Shown here: in pieces, positions 9,154-22,042 of the stretch
Layout: each line of letters begins with the position of its first letter
How positions within the stretch are numbered: the first letter of the stretch is position 1
NCBI GenBank assembly: GCA_054661495.1
Contig: BAAFSQ010000006.1
Location: 66,161 to 98,160 of the forward strand
Source: Zygophlyctis sp. KS116
Taxonomy: Eukaryota > Fungi > Chytridiomycota
DNA: 32,000 nt
Direction of reading: 5' to 3'
Translations under genes and position numbers: made by a program
The notes under the pieces: model-generated
What the model was told of the DNA's origin: nothing
Database searches by the model: none
What the model saw: only the letters and a program-made list of their open reading frames with translations

Positions 9154-11266
9154 TTAACATCTTTCAAATATTTTGTATAATTCTGGCAGTTGAGTTAATT
9201 CAATAATGACGCCATTGTCAGACATTTCCTTAATTCCAATTAAATGTGATTTAAGTGCTGGAAACAGTAAATGTTCAACTGACCACGTAAAATCTTCAAA
9301 AGAATGCCTTGAGTTCCATTCGATTTCGTAAAATTTGGACATTGAAATTGCAAGAGATTTAAAACAAGATCGTTCTGATGTCCAATTTACCTACGAATTT
9401 TAAGAATTAAAATAAATTTACTTTATATGCCATATCAATCAAAAATTGAGGAAGTTTAGATATATTGGGAGTATATCCCTTAATTAGAACAGGCAATGAT
9501 AACAAATTCCCCTCCGCAGATATATCTAGAGAGAAATAATCCGATAGCATTCCTCTTTTATCAATTAAAAGACTGACAATTTCATCAGGATCATTTTGTT
9601 GTAGAGATGTATTGGCTGAAAAAAATGCAATCAGTAACTCTGAAATATTTAGAGGCTGATCAAATTTAATCCTAGAAAAGTTTGCAAAGCCATAAATGAT
9701 CACTTGAAAAAAGAATACGTTACTTATTCGTTTAAAATCAACCATTAGAAGCCTAGTCTGATGCTGAATTAGCGCACGAAAGTCATCTACAAGTCCAATA
9801 AATGTATGTTCACGAAATAGTTCGGTAATTATGGCATTCTCATTATTTTCTATTGAGACCCGTAGTTCCAAAACTGAAATCAATTGCACATCAACGATTT
9901 CATGCTTCTTTATAATATTTTCTTGTAAATCTTTCTTATTTGTATTCAAGTCAGTTATACTATCTGAGTTTTTTGCATTGAAATCCAGAATTTTTAGTAC
10001 CTGACTAGAAATACCAGACTTTGGTAGTAAAAACGAATCCAGAGTACGTGTAGCACTATCAGTTCTTACCAACTTATGTTCCGGTTGCTTGGTTGGAGTT
10101 TCTTGCTTGGAAACTTTCACCTCTGTCATATCATATTGTGGAATAAGCGACTGAAATTATTTAAAAAGTAATTACCTGAGTAAGAAAACTCCTAGAAGAG
10201 TTACTCTCTGCCAAACAAGAGGAAAAGTGATCACGAATTTTTTCCACTATAAAGTCTTCATAAAGAAAATGAACTTGCTGTTTTGTTGGATGAACATTGA
10301 CATCTACATTTTCAGACTTTAAGATCAATGATAAATACACAAATGGATGCGCATGTTTTGGCAGAAAAGCAGAGTATAAACCTTCAATACTCTTTTTCAA
10401 CATTGAATGCACTACCAATCTTTCTTTCATATATTAACCTTTAAAATCTTACCATTTATGAAAAGAATAAATGTGAACTTCTTTTCACTATAATTAGCAT
10501 TTGAAATAAATCCTAGAGCCTTGAATCCTAGATCTGAATCTTGTACACTGACCGGCAAAAGCTCTTTGACTATAGATTTCCCATAAATCAGTCCAATATT
10601 TGATAAAATAGAAGAATTTGAAGGTGTACAAATATCCCAAGAGCTCGTTCCATGTTTTTTACACATAAACGACACTGATGGATTATGTATAGAGTATAAT
10701 TGACAAACTTCTAAAATCCGTGCATATTCTTCATTTAAATTCTTCAAAGCCTTTTTTCTGGCAGGTACATTATAAAACATATCTTGTATAGTGATCATTG
10801 TACCTTGATTTCCAGCAATCGGCTTTGGAGACTCTAAAATCTTTCCATTTTCATATTTTGCAATCCACTATTAATTATCTAAAAAATATCGTACTGCAAC
10901 ATCTTGATCTGCAGTTTTCGTCCTGATACTTACATGTCCGACATGTGTCATTGATGCCAATGCTTCTCCTCTGAACCCAAATGTTTGAATTCTAGATAGA
11001 TCAGAGAATTTAGCCAGTTTAGAAGTAGTAAATCTCTCACACACAATATCCAAATCTTTATAGTTTATGCCGATCCCATTATCAGTTACGATGAGCGATT
11101 TAAGTCCGCCGCCCAGTACCGAGATGGCAATTGTTGATGCTCTTGCGTCTAATGAATTCTCTAAAAGCTCTTTCAGTGCATTTGCAGGCCTTTGTAATAC
11201 TTCACCTGCAGCAATCTTATTAATAGTTTCCTGATCTAATTTATGAATTCGTTGTGGCTCTTGCAT
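9154..11266 (-). CDS. MLH1: DNA mismatch repair protein Mlh1; introns 10868-10894, 10424-10452, 10151-10175, 9391-9421
   Basis: Motifs [52 protein letters not shown], linker LVRTD and the diagnostic C-terminal FERC. Confidence 0.97.
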
Positions 11267-11296
11267 ACGGTTGAGTTTCAGGCTTGCGCCCAGAGC

Positions 11297-14200
11297 ATGA
11301 AATTTGGGAAATACATTCAGTCTGCATCGGCCGAATGGGCTTCTCCTTGGTATATGGAATATAAGGGACTAAAGAAAATTATTTCGGCTCTAGAGTCTTC
11401 AAACACTGGATATACTCTCTTGGCTGCACCTCCTCCCGATGACGATCAAGCATTAAAAACGACATTCTTTTATAAATTAGACAGAGAGTTGGAAAAGGTC
11501 AATGGATTTTACATGCAGAAAGAAGGGCAGTTTAGAATTAGATTAAGAACTCTCACTGACAAATTAAGGCTGTACGAAAAAAGGAAAAGGATTGAATCTT
11601 TAAGAATATTAAAGGAAGCTCATGTTCAATTTATTAATGATTTGGCAAAATTACAGAAATTTGTAATGATTAATTCTGAAGGATTTAGAAAAATATTGAA
11701 AAAGTATGATAAAAGGTCTAAATCTGCTACAAAAGATGCTTACATGGCTAGGTAAATAATAAATAATCTGATAAATAAGACAAGTAAAGACAAAGCCTTG
11801 TTTTAATTCTGAAATTTTAATTGAATTAACAGATATTGCTTCAAGTCAAATTAATGAAATTATCAATCTAATTAAAGTATTAGATTCTGGAAGTAATTCT
11901 GGTACACATTTAGTAAATGGGAATGGTCGAGATTCTGAGATTTCACTGGTTATTTCTAGGTTATCGTCAAAGTCTACATCACCTTCAGAAATTAATGCTT
12001 TTGATTTAAATGAATTTGAATCTAATTTGCAGGAATTTGTTCAATTAGGTCAAGTTTCCAGCTTGTCACAACTTTTGAATAAAAGAATATCAGAGCAAGA
12101 GGGATATTGTGCTGAAGATTTGGAAATTATGGGACGTGTTTTTCTAAATACTTGTAATGGGGCTTCTCTAGAAGTATTTGACTGTTTTTTAAGTCATGTT
12201 CCGGAATTAACAATGTTGGGTATAAGGGATGATATCTCTGACAGAACTCCACTGCATGAACTAGCTATATCTGGTAGAATAAAGGTTTTGAGAATGTTGT
12301 TGGAAAAAGGTTTACATGTAGATCCAGAAGATACCTATGGTAGACGGCCTATTCATTATTCGTGTATGTATGGACATATATCTACTTCATTATTATTAAT
12401 TTCTTACAAGGCAGATTTAGAGTCTCCTGATCATGATGGAGCGACTCCGTTGGTTCATGCCATTCGAGGAGGGCATGTTCAACTAATTGAGCTACTGATA
12501 GAAGAATCCGGTGTTAAGCTGGAATATTCTTCAGAAGTGATTCAAAATCCTCTCATTGTGTCTGTTCAATTAGGTAATTTGGAAATCACAGAAAAGCTTT
12601 TAAAGCGTGGTATTCAAATTTTTCCAGATTCTCATGGTTTAAGCCCACTCCATATTTCTTGTAGAATGGGGTATTCAGGAATCACATCAATACTCGTAAA
12701 GTATGGCGGGCAGATAGATGCGTCTGACAATTTTTACGGTTGGCAACCAATATTTTTTGCAGTTTCGGAAGGACATTTAGAATGTGCTCGTGAACTGATT
12801 AAAGCCGGTTGCCGTTTAGATGTTAAGGATGAAAATGGGTGGTCCCCTTGGACTTTGGCGTTATACCATGGCCACATCGACGTGGCTAAACTATTGGAAG
12901 AATCTTCTCAAGGTGCAGGTAGTGGTGATCCTTCTCCTGGTTCTGTACGCCCCATTGCTCCAAGCGAGCTCTTAGATTCTGATTTAGCTCAGCATGATTC
13001 TGATATAGATGGTATCCCTTCTCTGTCACTCCCACCACCTATTATTCCTTGCCGTATATAGTAAAATAGTATTTTTTTAATTATTAGTGGTCATACTTAT
13101 CTCGATAAAAAGGTACTCATTCGAATTCAATTTGGATCTTACAAGTCCTGTTCTGCAGAAAAGTCTCCACTGCGATTATTTGGATCTCATCAACTGTCGA
13201 CCATAAAGTTAGAACTGACTCCAAAGCCAGAAGAATTAGCCTCTTATACAGTTGCACTTCCTTTGAAAGATATGCAAGAATTCGATTTTATGGTGGCAGA
13301 CATGGATGCTTTCTCTGTACAATTTGATGTTTACCCTATGTTTGGCACCAAGTCAATCGGTCGGGCGATCGCTCTCCCTTCTATTTTTAAGATATTGTCG
13401 GCTTCCAGTTGGTCTGGTGCAGGGGAATATGAGACATGTATTTGCCCTTTGTTTGATTCGCACTTGAATGTAGTAGGAGAAGTTGAATTTGTATGATATT
13501 TTTCATTTTTATTCTAGGAATTTTGCTTAATCAAGCCTTTTGTGCATTCTGCTGTACAGATTGGTGGAAAAGTAGAAACTTACTGGAAATCAACTGCTAT
13601 AATACCCACTTCGGAATCAAATTCAGAGCAGCGCACTATTCAGTCTTTTATCACGGCTTCTTCTCTAGCAGAGGAATACCTAGACGCTATAGTTCAAATT
13701 ACATCTGATGGAATACCTGTGGTTTACCCATATTGGTATTTGCCTTTTGAGGGTTTCCCAGTTTATATAGCTTCAATAACCCACGCTCAAGCCAAAGCCC
13801 TCTTCATTAAATCTAAAGGAGAAGCTTATAAAGGGAATTCCTATTTGCCTGCAGTCAATGATAGGTCTCAAAGTCAAAATAGCTCGTATTTGTCCGATGT
13901 TATTTATGATTCCTTTTTGACTTTAGAGGAGCTGCTTCAGGTATCATTTTTCTTTTCATTTTTAGACTTTGCCTCCTTCATTGGGGATATGTATCAATAT
14001 TAAATATCCGACAGCATCTCAGCGCTCAATTTTAAAGATTACGAATACATCTGATGCGCATTTGTTTGTCGAACGCATTTTAAAGCTTGTGTATGATAAT
14101 GCGACTCGGAGTCGATCAATTATCTTTTCATCTTTCAACCCATCCATCTGCTCAATTATCAATTGGAAGCAGCCGAATTATGGAGTTTTTTTCGGAACTA

Positions 14201-14526
14201 GATGTGGCTACCTTGTTCAAGAAGGTCCTTGGAGGCAACCAGAGGCCGAAACAGATATACGTTGTAATTCCATAAAAGAAGCGATTAAATTTGCCAAATC
14301 AAGCAATTTGCTCGGTCTAATCTGCGAAGCAGCTCCAATTGTAAGCAATGTATGTTCTAATCAATAGACAAGTAGTCCTACGATTATTGATGCTATTAAA
14401 AAAAGTGGTCTTTTATTAGCTATATTTGGACCTGATAATCAAGATTCCCTAAAAACAAGAGTACAGCAACATGTGGGTGTTGATGCCATCATTTCACATC
14501 ACATTTTGCGTTACAACAATTCCTGA
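11297..14526 (+). CDS. PHO81: SPX-ankyrin-degenerate GDPD protein (Pho81/NUC-2 phosphate-sensing CDK inhibitor); introns 11752-11779, 13061-13087, 13491-13517, 13941-13965, 14341-14367
   Basis: SPX domain ([31 protein letters not shown]), several ankyrin repeats, the [22 protein letters not shown] segment, and a GDPD-like tail ([21 protein letters not shown]) without the HRG motif of Gde1. Confidence 0.88.
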
Positions 14527-14791
14527 TGATTTTATTATGACGGATAGAAGTTTTATATTCCTAATACTTATTCTTAGGATGTCTGCATTTGATTTTACTT
14601 GTTTGTTGACAAATTTTCAATAGAGTAATCATTTATATTATTTACTTTCTTTGCTTCCTGACCATAATAATTCGCATTTTCTTTCAATTCGTGCACTTTT
14701 TACAATCGATGGTTCGATGAAAAGTCAAATATCATCATGGATTGTCTTAAAATTGAGCATGCAGTTCCTGAACATAAAGCAATAGTCTTAT

Positions 14792-16399
14792 TTAAGAATT
14801 ATTATAACGAGTTTTTTTATGGTATGGCCGTTCTTCCCACTCGCTTTGGGAGCGAAGATCCTTCCTATTATCTTCTGAATACTTTTTATCACGAGAATAA
14901 TACCGACGACTGGAGCGATGATCATCATAATCAGCTCTAGACCGACGGCCATCATAACTATTTCCTCCATCAGAACTACGATCTCGATCACGACTAAAAC
15001 TACGAGACTTTGATCTAGAATCATATGAATCAAAAGAGAGCTCGTGAACCACTTGGCGTGCGGGTTGTATCCGCCCTACCGGTGATAAAGCATCAAAATG
15101 ATTGGGCATATTTTGTCGTGCTGATGGCATACCTGGAACATACATGGACTTATTAGCAGCGTCTTCTCTAGCTTTCCTAGCAGCCAGTTCATGTGATGTC
15201 GGGAAAGGCTTAAAACTATTTTTTAAAAATAAAATCCATACTCTTCAGTAAAAGGCCTAGCAGCAAGAGGCTCTGTTGTAAAATAGCGATGCTTAAGAGC
15301 TTCTGTAGCAGAGGGTCTCTTTTTAGGAAACATAACCAATAAATGATCTAAGAAATCTACAGTTGCTACATCATATCTAATATTAAAAGAATTTTTCCAT
15401 ACTGATTTAATGGGTATTTAGTTTTAATCTGACGAGGATGTATTTCAGAAAAATCTTCAATCGTACCAGTGCTTGGACTAAAAATTGGCAGGGATTTAAA
15501 TCCTGGCCAACTTTCTTCAGTTGGAGTTCCACACAAAGCATTTACCCTTTCTAATTGATCTAAATCTGATGAACCGGGCATAATTGGTCTCCTCTTTAAC
15601 ATTTCACCAAATATACAGCCAGCGCCCCATATATCCACTGCAGTTCCATATTTATTTGCACCCATGAGTATTTCCGGTGGCCTATACCATCTGGTTACTA
15701 CTAAATTAGTATATTTAGCATCTGGATTTGGATTTAAAGACCGTGCCTTTTTAATTAAACTCGGATATATATACCAATCCAAAATCAGCAATCTTTAGAG
15801 CACCTTGATTATTAATTAAAAGATTTGCCGTTTTCATATCTCGATGTATAATTTTTTTCTAAGCCATTTGATGTAACTATACTTACATCATGTAAATATT
15901 CTAATCCACACAACATTTGCTTGGCGTAAGATTTTATAATCTGAGGATCTAATTTAACCTGAGAATTTTCCAAAAGACCTGCCAAATCATGATCCATATA
16001 TGGAAAAACCATATACATCTGACCTCTATTTTTTTTCGCTTTATCTCCTATACATTAAATAATGAAATCACCTTTTGCAAATGCCATTTCTTTCATAGAA
16101 ATCACATTATGATGATTACATCTCTTCAAAAGTTGAATTTCACGAATTGAAGTTACTGGCATCCCTTCTTGATCATTATGCAGAATAATCCTCTTTAGAG
16201 CGACCTTGTCTTTTTCCCTAGAATGAAATCCTACAAGAACTTGTCCAAACGTTCCTTCGCCAATCTTGTGCTCAACAGTGTAATCTACAATATCAGAGAC
16301 TCCTCTAAATTTCTTTTTTTTCTTTACCGGCTCCTGATCTTCTAAAATTTCCCCATCCGAGACTTCCCCATCCTCTGATTCTCTATCCTTTACATCCAT
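14792..16399 (-). CDS. BUR1: CDK9/Bur1-type CTD kinase with RS/RD-rich C-terminal tail; introns 16048-16071, 15859-15886, 15747-15774, 15377-15402, 15216-15241
   Basis: Motifs [20 protein letters not shown] (PITALRE-like), [29 protein letters not shown]|[16 protein letters not shown] and a SHE motif after the kinase domain. Confidence 0.85.
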
Positions 16400-16583
16400 G
16401 TCTTGTAATGGAAATTGTGGCACTTTTGACGCCCCTGCCCCTGTCAGTCTTGATTCGCTTTTTTGGCACTTTTCGTGCTGATATTCAGGGTTCGTACACT
16501 AAAAAAAGAATAATAAATCCATTCATTTCTAAGCTGAGTTTATGTCCGTGACGTCGTTTCCTGTCCCTTAAAATCCCCTACAT

Positions 16584-19500
16584 ATGGAGAAAGACACATC
16601 TAAAAATTTATATAGGAATGATTCTGAAATTCAGAATATATGTCTGAATAATGGAATTTCAGAGTCAAGTCTAGTTTACAAGATAGATTCAATAACCAAA
16701 CTAGAAATGTCGCACTTTAATATTTCAAATATCAATAGGAAATTCTCAGTATTTACAAATCTTAAATCTCTTACAATTGTAGCGCAAGATATTTCATTCA
16801 TGTCCGAAAATTCTTTAATTGACTGCAATTGTTTAGAGAAATTGTGGATTTGTGAAACTAAAATATCAGAAATAAATGGACTTCCTTGTAATCTCACACA
16901 TCTCTATATGTATTCAAATCAAATTAAGAGACTTGCAGGTATTGAGAAATGTAAAGATTTAAATATTCTTTGGCTAAATGATAATCGTAACTTTAAATAT
17001 GCTAATCTTAGAAATAAGTAAACTTGAAAATTTGGAACGACTTGTTCATTTAAAGGAACTTCATGTTGCTAATAATGAAATTTCTTCAATCGGACACTCT
17101 TTGAATATGAACTTGGAATTACAAGATCTAAATATTTCTGGGAATGATATTTCATCCTTTAGGGAGATTCTACATCTTACAAGACTTCCAAAATTAGAAT
17201 TCTTATGTCTAAGTGATCCTAATTTTGCAGAAAATCCAATATGCTCGCTTTGCAATTATCAAACGCATGTTGTTTATCATCTGCCAAATTTAAAAACTTT
17301 GGATACTTTGGAGGTTTGTGATGATTCAAGAAAAATGATTTCAGCTACCATATTGAAAAAACGAATGTAAGAATATTTATTCGTGATTATAGGTATTACA
17401 ATATGCGAATAAAAACAATCAAGCGAAATACAAACTATTTATTGAAAATGATTGATGATTTTGCCCAAGCAAATATAGAAAAAATGGTTTATGATCTAAA
17501 GGAGTTGGATGTAAGATCAAAGGCAATTCAAAGGGCAATGTCAGATATGAACATTTTATCAATTAAAAATGGTAAAAGTCCTACAAAATACATTGATTAT
17601 CAAAATGCTTTACAAGTTATATCAAAGATTGTCGAGAAAAAGTATAATCTGCTGTCTGTTCATAATGATCACAATAATTGTATTCAGAATCAAATTTCAT
17701 TACAGAGTGATATGGCTATAAGGTGGGATAACTCGTGCTTATTATTTTTAGAAAATTACTACTAGAGCTTGAGACTGGAGGAAATGTTCGATTTGAAGAT
17801 GAGCAAAAAGATGAGCCATGGGTTAAAGAGTGCGAAGGATTGGTCAAAATATTTATAAAGAGAAAACTTGCATCGAACTCTCCAAAATCAGTTCAAATTC
17901 ATCGACTATCTAAACTTCATAACCGAAATTTGAAGTTATTACTAGAAACTAAACTTGGTTCTAAAATGCAGCAACAAAATTATTCATTTCATCTTTGCTG
18001 GAAATTTAATCAATCTGAAATGGATGCATTTGAAATTCTGGAACATGGATTTAGAAAGGATATTCCGCTAACTTTTTCAAACTATATGGACTGCACACTT
18101 ACAGAAAAATCTTCTGTTGATATTGAGTCATCTAAGCGCCTAGACAGAGCATTAATAGTTAGAGTCTATACTGATCGAATTTGTGATATTAATGACGGCG
18201 GTATTTTTCACAGTAATAACAAAAAAAGATTTGCATAATTTAGATAAAGAGGCCTATCGATCATATGATGCTGTTTACAAGAATATAAAATCCTCTTCTG
18301 ACAAAGTAGGTATGGAATCAGTAAAAGACTATGTCATTTTGGACGGTAGTATAATTGTTCCAGAGTACTTTATCGAATACTCAGTTGAGCGGGAAAAAAA
18401 TAAGTTTCTAACTAAATTTGAAAGACTCTCATTAGACATCGCTTATTCTAATAAATTATCACATTCAAATATGCCACAAATCATAGGATCTCTTTCAAAA
18501 CATTTTGATTCATCACCGGTATCAAGGAATTTAACTAATTAGTAGAACATTCATAGTAGATTTGACGATGATACAATAGCCGAAATAGAGGAGAAATTTC
18601 CCCAAATTAATATCGCCACTACAAATCCTTCAAAAGAAATTAATCAATTGGTATTTTAGGCTTTTTATTAATCAGAAGGAACATATGGACATTATAAGTG
18701 ACAAATTAAATTTAAGTGGAGTTCGAGATATAACACTTGAAGGGCATGACTTTCACAAGATACAAGACTTATGCTTAAGCTATTGCTCACTTAAACAGTA
18801 TCCAGATCTTAGTTCTCTGCCTAATTTGGTAATTTTAGATGTTAGCCATAATAGTATACATGAATTAGTAGATGGTCTTCAGACTTCTTTAAAATTACAG
18901 AATCTGGACATATCAGCCAATTTTATATTGAGCGCTGAAAATATCAGGTTTCTAAAAGATTTTCTTCCGGGGATTCAAAAACTAGATCTAAGGTTTAACC
19001 CCATCAATTTTAGAAAAGGATATAGATCGATGATAATCTCAGTTTTGGAAAATCTTTACGTGCTTGATTGCCAAGAAATCATTCCTTCTGAAAAGGTGAC
19101 TTTTAATAACTTATATTTAGATTTTTTTAAATCAGCGTGGAATGAAGCAGAAACTTGAAACAGGTTCGTCAGCTCAACCATACCTTTTCCGCCCCTTGAG
19201 CATGCGAACCAAATCTGGATATGGCTCATCTGCAACTCTGAATGAGTATTTACTGTCAATAAAATGTGCCAATCCTATTGAAGCTTTTAATCTCGAGTTA
19301 ATCACAATACTGGAGCTGGACTCATGCAAATTGTTTAATTTGAATGATCTACCATTAGGGTAATTATTTTTAATTGAATCTAGTTTGGTAAATTTGAAAT
19401 GGGCAAGTTTTAGAAATAATGGGCTGCGTGACATCTCTAAACTGGCTAGTTATAAGACTTTGGAAGAGTTGACTCTAGAAAATAATGATATAGAAAGTTT

Positions 19501-21038
19501 AGACTGCTTAGCAAGCATAAAAGGGCTTACTAAATTGGATGCCAGCAAAAACTTAATTACGACTATCGAAAATGCCACAGAATTCGAATCATTGATTCTA
19601 CTTTCACTAGAAAACAATAAATTGAAAAGCTTACGACCATTTTCAAAGATCGCATCTCTTATGGAATTTTGTATATATAAGATTCTTCTAACTATAAGAT
19701 GCGGCAAATAATAGTATCACTGATCTATTTAATGTATTCACTCTGAAAGACTTATCAAGATTGATCATTCTAGACTTAACTGGAAATCATGTTTCCGACC
19801 TTGAAAACTACAGAAACTTTACTATTTATCATTTATCTAGACTCAAGGTAACAGTAAATTATTTTACTCTTAGATATTGGATGGCTCAGCTATAAGTCAA
19901 ACAGAGCAGTCAACAGCCAGAGAAGAGTACATGGGTAAATTAACAATTGAGCTATTGGGAGAACGTATCGGTCACTTCTATTTCAAGAATATCACAGAAC
20001 TGGACTTAAGAAATTGCAAAATCAAAGAAGTTGAATGTCTAAGCAAAGGAGAATTCAAGAATCTAAGAAAACTCAACTTTGATAACAACCTACTGACGAG
20101 TATCGACTGCTTTATAAGCTTATCGGGATTGAGATCATTAAGTTTAAGCAATAATCGTATAGAAAGGCTCCTTTCTTCCGATCCATTATCTTACACTGTA
20201 TCCGGCTCAAATTTGATATACGGACACAGCTCAAAAATCGACATTCCGGAAGGAACCAAATTATCCTACTTTTTACCAATGCTTGAAGAATTAAATCTAG
20301 GAAATAACTTAATTACCAGAACTTCAGATTTATATCTCTACCGAATGAAGAATTTAAAAATTCTTTTTCTTCACGGAAACAAAATTTCAAAGGTATGAGT
20401 ATTTTAGAATAATTTATAGGTGGAGGGATTTGAACATATGATTAATCTTGTTGAACTAGTATTGGATAAGAACCACATAAAGGCAACTGACCCATCTTCG
20501 TTCCTCTCATTGATAAATCTTAAACATCTAAGTATAAGGGAAAATAGACTTAAGAGTCTTGTAAATTTCGACTGCATTCCTAACTTGCGACGCCTTTTTG
20601 CTGGAAATAATCGTATTCATGAATTATTTGAAATTGAAGTATGTTTTATAAACTTATTATATTAGAGAATGAAACTTCCAAGCTTGATAGAAATGAACCT
20701 AGAAAATACAGCTGTCTCGAGAAAGCAAATGTATCGCACAATTGTAATAGTTCAATTTCCTCAAATACGTATCATTGATGGATCTGAAGTATTTAAGGAA
20801 GAAAAAATGAGAGCAGAGGTATATTCTTTCAAAGAATTAAATGCAGGCATATTATATGGAGCAATGCCTCCTAAGGGACGATCTTAAACCTATCTTGAGG
20901 GGAGTAACGCATCCGACATCTCTTCAACAGCATGCTATTTCAGGTTCAAAGTTACCAATAAAGATCGCCTCCGTTGTTCTTGATGGACTTGAAATGAAAC
21001 TAACAAGTTACTCTTCGGGATTTGGAGGTAGTGGATAA
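16584..21038 (+). CDS. LRRC9: Leucine-rich repeat protein LRRC9-like, 14 exons; introns 16987-17011, 17367-17392, 17723-17751, 18201-18228, 18519-18545, 18651-18675, 19096-19120, 19360-19383, 19671-19698, 19848-19873, 20393-20419, 20639-20665, 20819-20846
   Basis: SDS22-like LRRs plus LRRC9-type motifs NPICSLCNYQTHVVYHLP, KKRMYYNMRIKT and ELETGGNVRFE. All 13 junctions restore the reading frame. Confidence 0.85.
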
Positions 21039-21101
21039 CAATTTTAGTTTTTATTCAAAATTTTGAATAAATTTATCACAAATCAAACGGTACATCATGC
21101 T

Positions 21102-21953
21102 TTAGGTGTTAATTTCAGCTGCCTTTGCTACACTATGGATCTTGGTTTTGTATAATTTATTTGTAATTCCAACTATTGCAGGATCTCCATGTTGTCGGTG
21201 TGAGCTTATTTTAGGAGGCACTTTGGTAAATTTAGACATTTTGAAAAGTTCTGAAGTTTTCACTGATTGTTTTGTCCGAGAATTATTCATTCTAGTTACA
21301 ACAGTTTTATTATGATGCTTTTTCATAGCCTTTTCCTGATCATGAGATTTGTTTGTAATCATACCTTTTCGAGAGCTAATAGTTCCAATTCCTTCTTTTC
21401 ATGCTTTTGAAGCCATTCTTTTTGAAATCTATCTGTCATAAGTGATGATACGGGAGTCGAAGGGCGAGTTGGTTTCCCATAGGTAAAGTTTGGATTGTGG
21501 TCACTGGGAAGTGGGCACCGCACCCTGATGCCACTCTTTGTTCCTGGTGGGGCCATTTTTGTACTAACAAAACCCAATGCATGATCCCCAATCTTGACTC
21601 GAACAGGATGTTTTTCTCTGTATTCTTTGATACCTTTGGGAGATATAACTCCTTGCTTTGCGGAATTTCTATTCATGGTTATGTAATCTAAAGCTGGAAC
21701 AGCGTTTTTTGAAGTAGCTTTAATATTCCAATGCTGTAAAACTGATCATTAAGAAATATTTTTGTATTTTACCAGTTGCCGCACATTCTTCTGGATCTCT
21801 TTCAATTATTTTTCCATAAACATGATCTTGTCCGGGAAGATCATACACTGTCGGACGATTTTTTCCAACCGTTACCTTTACAAGTAGAGGATTGTTGGGA
21901 AATCTTTCAGTTGGACTCAACAAAGTTAATCCATTAGAAGCTGGTGGAGACAT
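21102..21953 (-). CDS. CFAP77: Cilia- and flagella-associated protein 77-like (DUF4483); introns 21742-21772, 21336-21364
   Basis: NPLL...GK....YDLPG.DHVYG, DYITMNR, TYGKPTRPSTPVSSLM and the FKMSKF.KVP pattern. Confidence 0.8.
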
Positions 21954-22042
21954 TTAAAGGTTTTAAAGGAATTTTTAGGGGATGACGCTTGCATTTGAAC
22001 GAATTCGCCGATAGTAGTACGTCACCAAACATGATAAATGAT

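Noticed and set aside
14527-14791. Box C/D snoRNA or small gene in the PHO81/BUR1 spacer (ATGATGA on - strand at 14732-14738)
   Set aside because: There is no downstream box D (CTGA) on that strand and no convincing ORF. It is probably 3' UTR sequence.
14737-15033. ORFs 14737-14940 (+) and 14788-15033 (-)
   Set aside because: They are alternative-frame shadows of the repetitive BUR1 tail with no recognisable motifs.
21330-21370. GAAAAG direct repeat flanking CFAP77 intron 2 as a target-site duplication (introner)
   Set aside because: It is a single short repeat in Glu/Lys-rich coding sequence, and the introns in the window share no family-level similarity.
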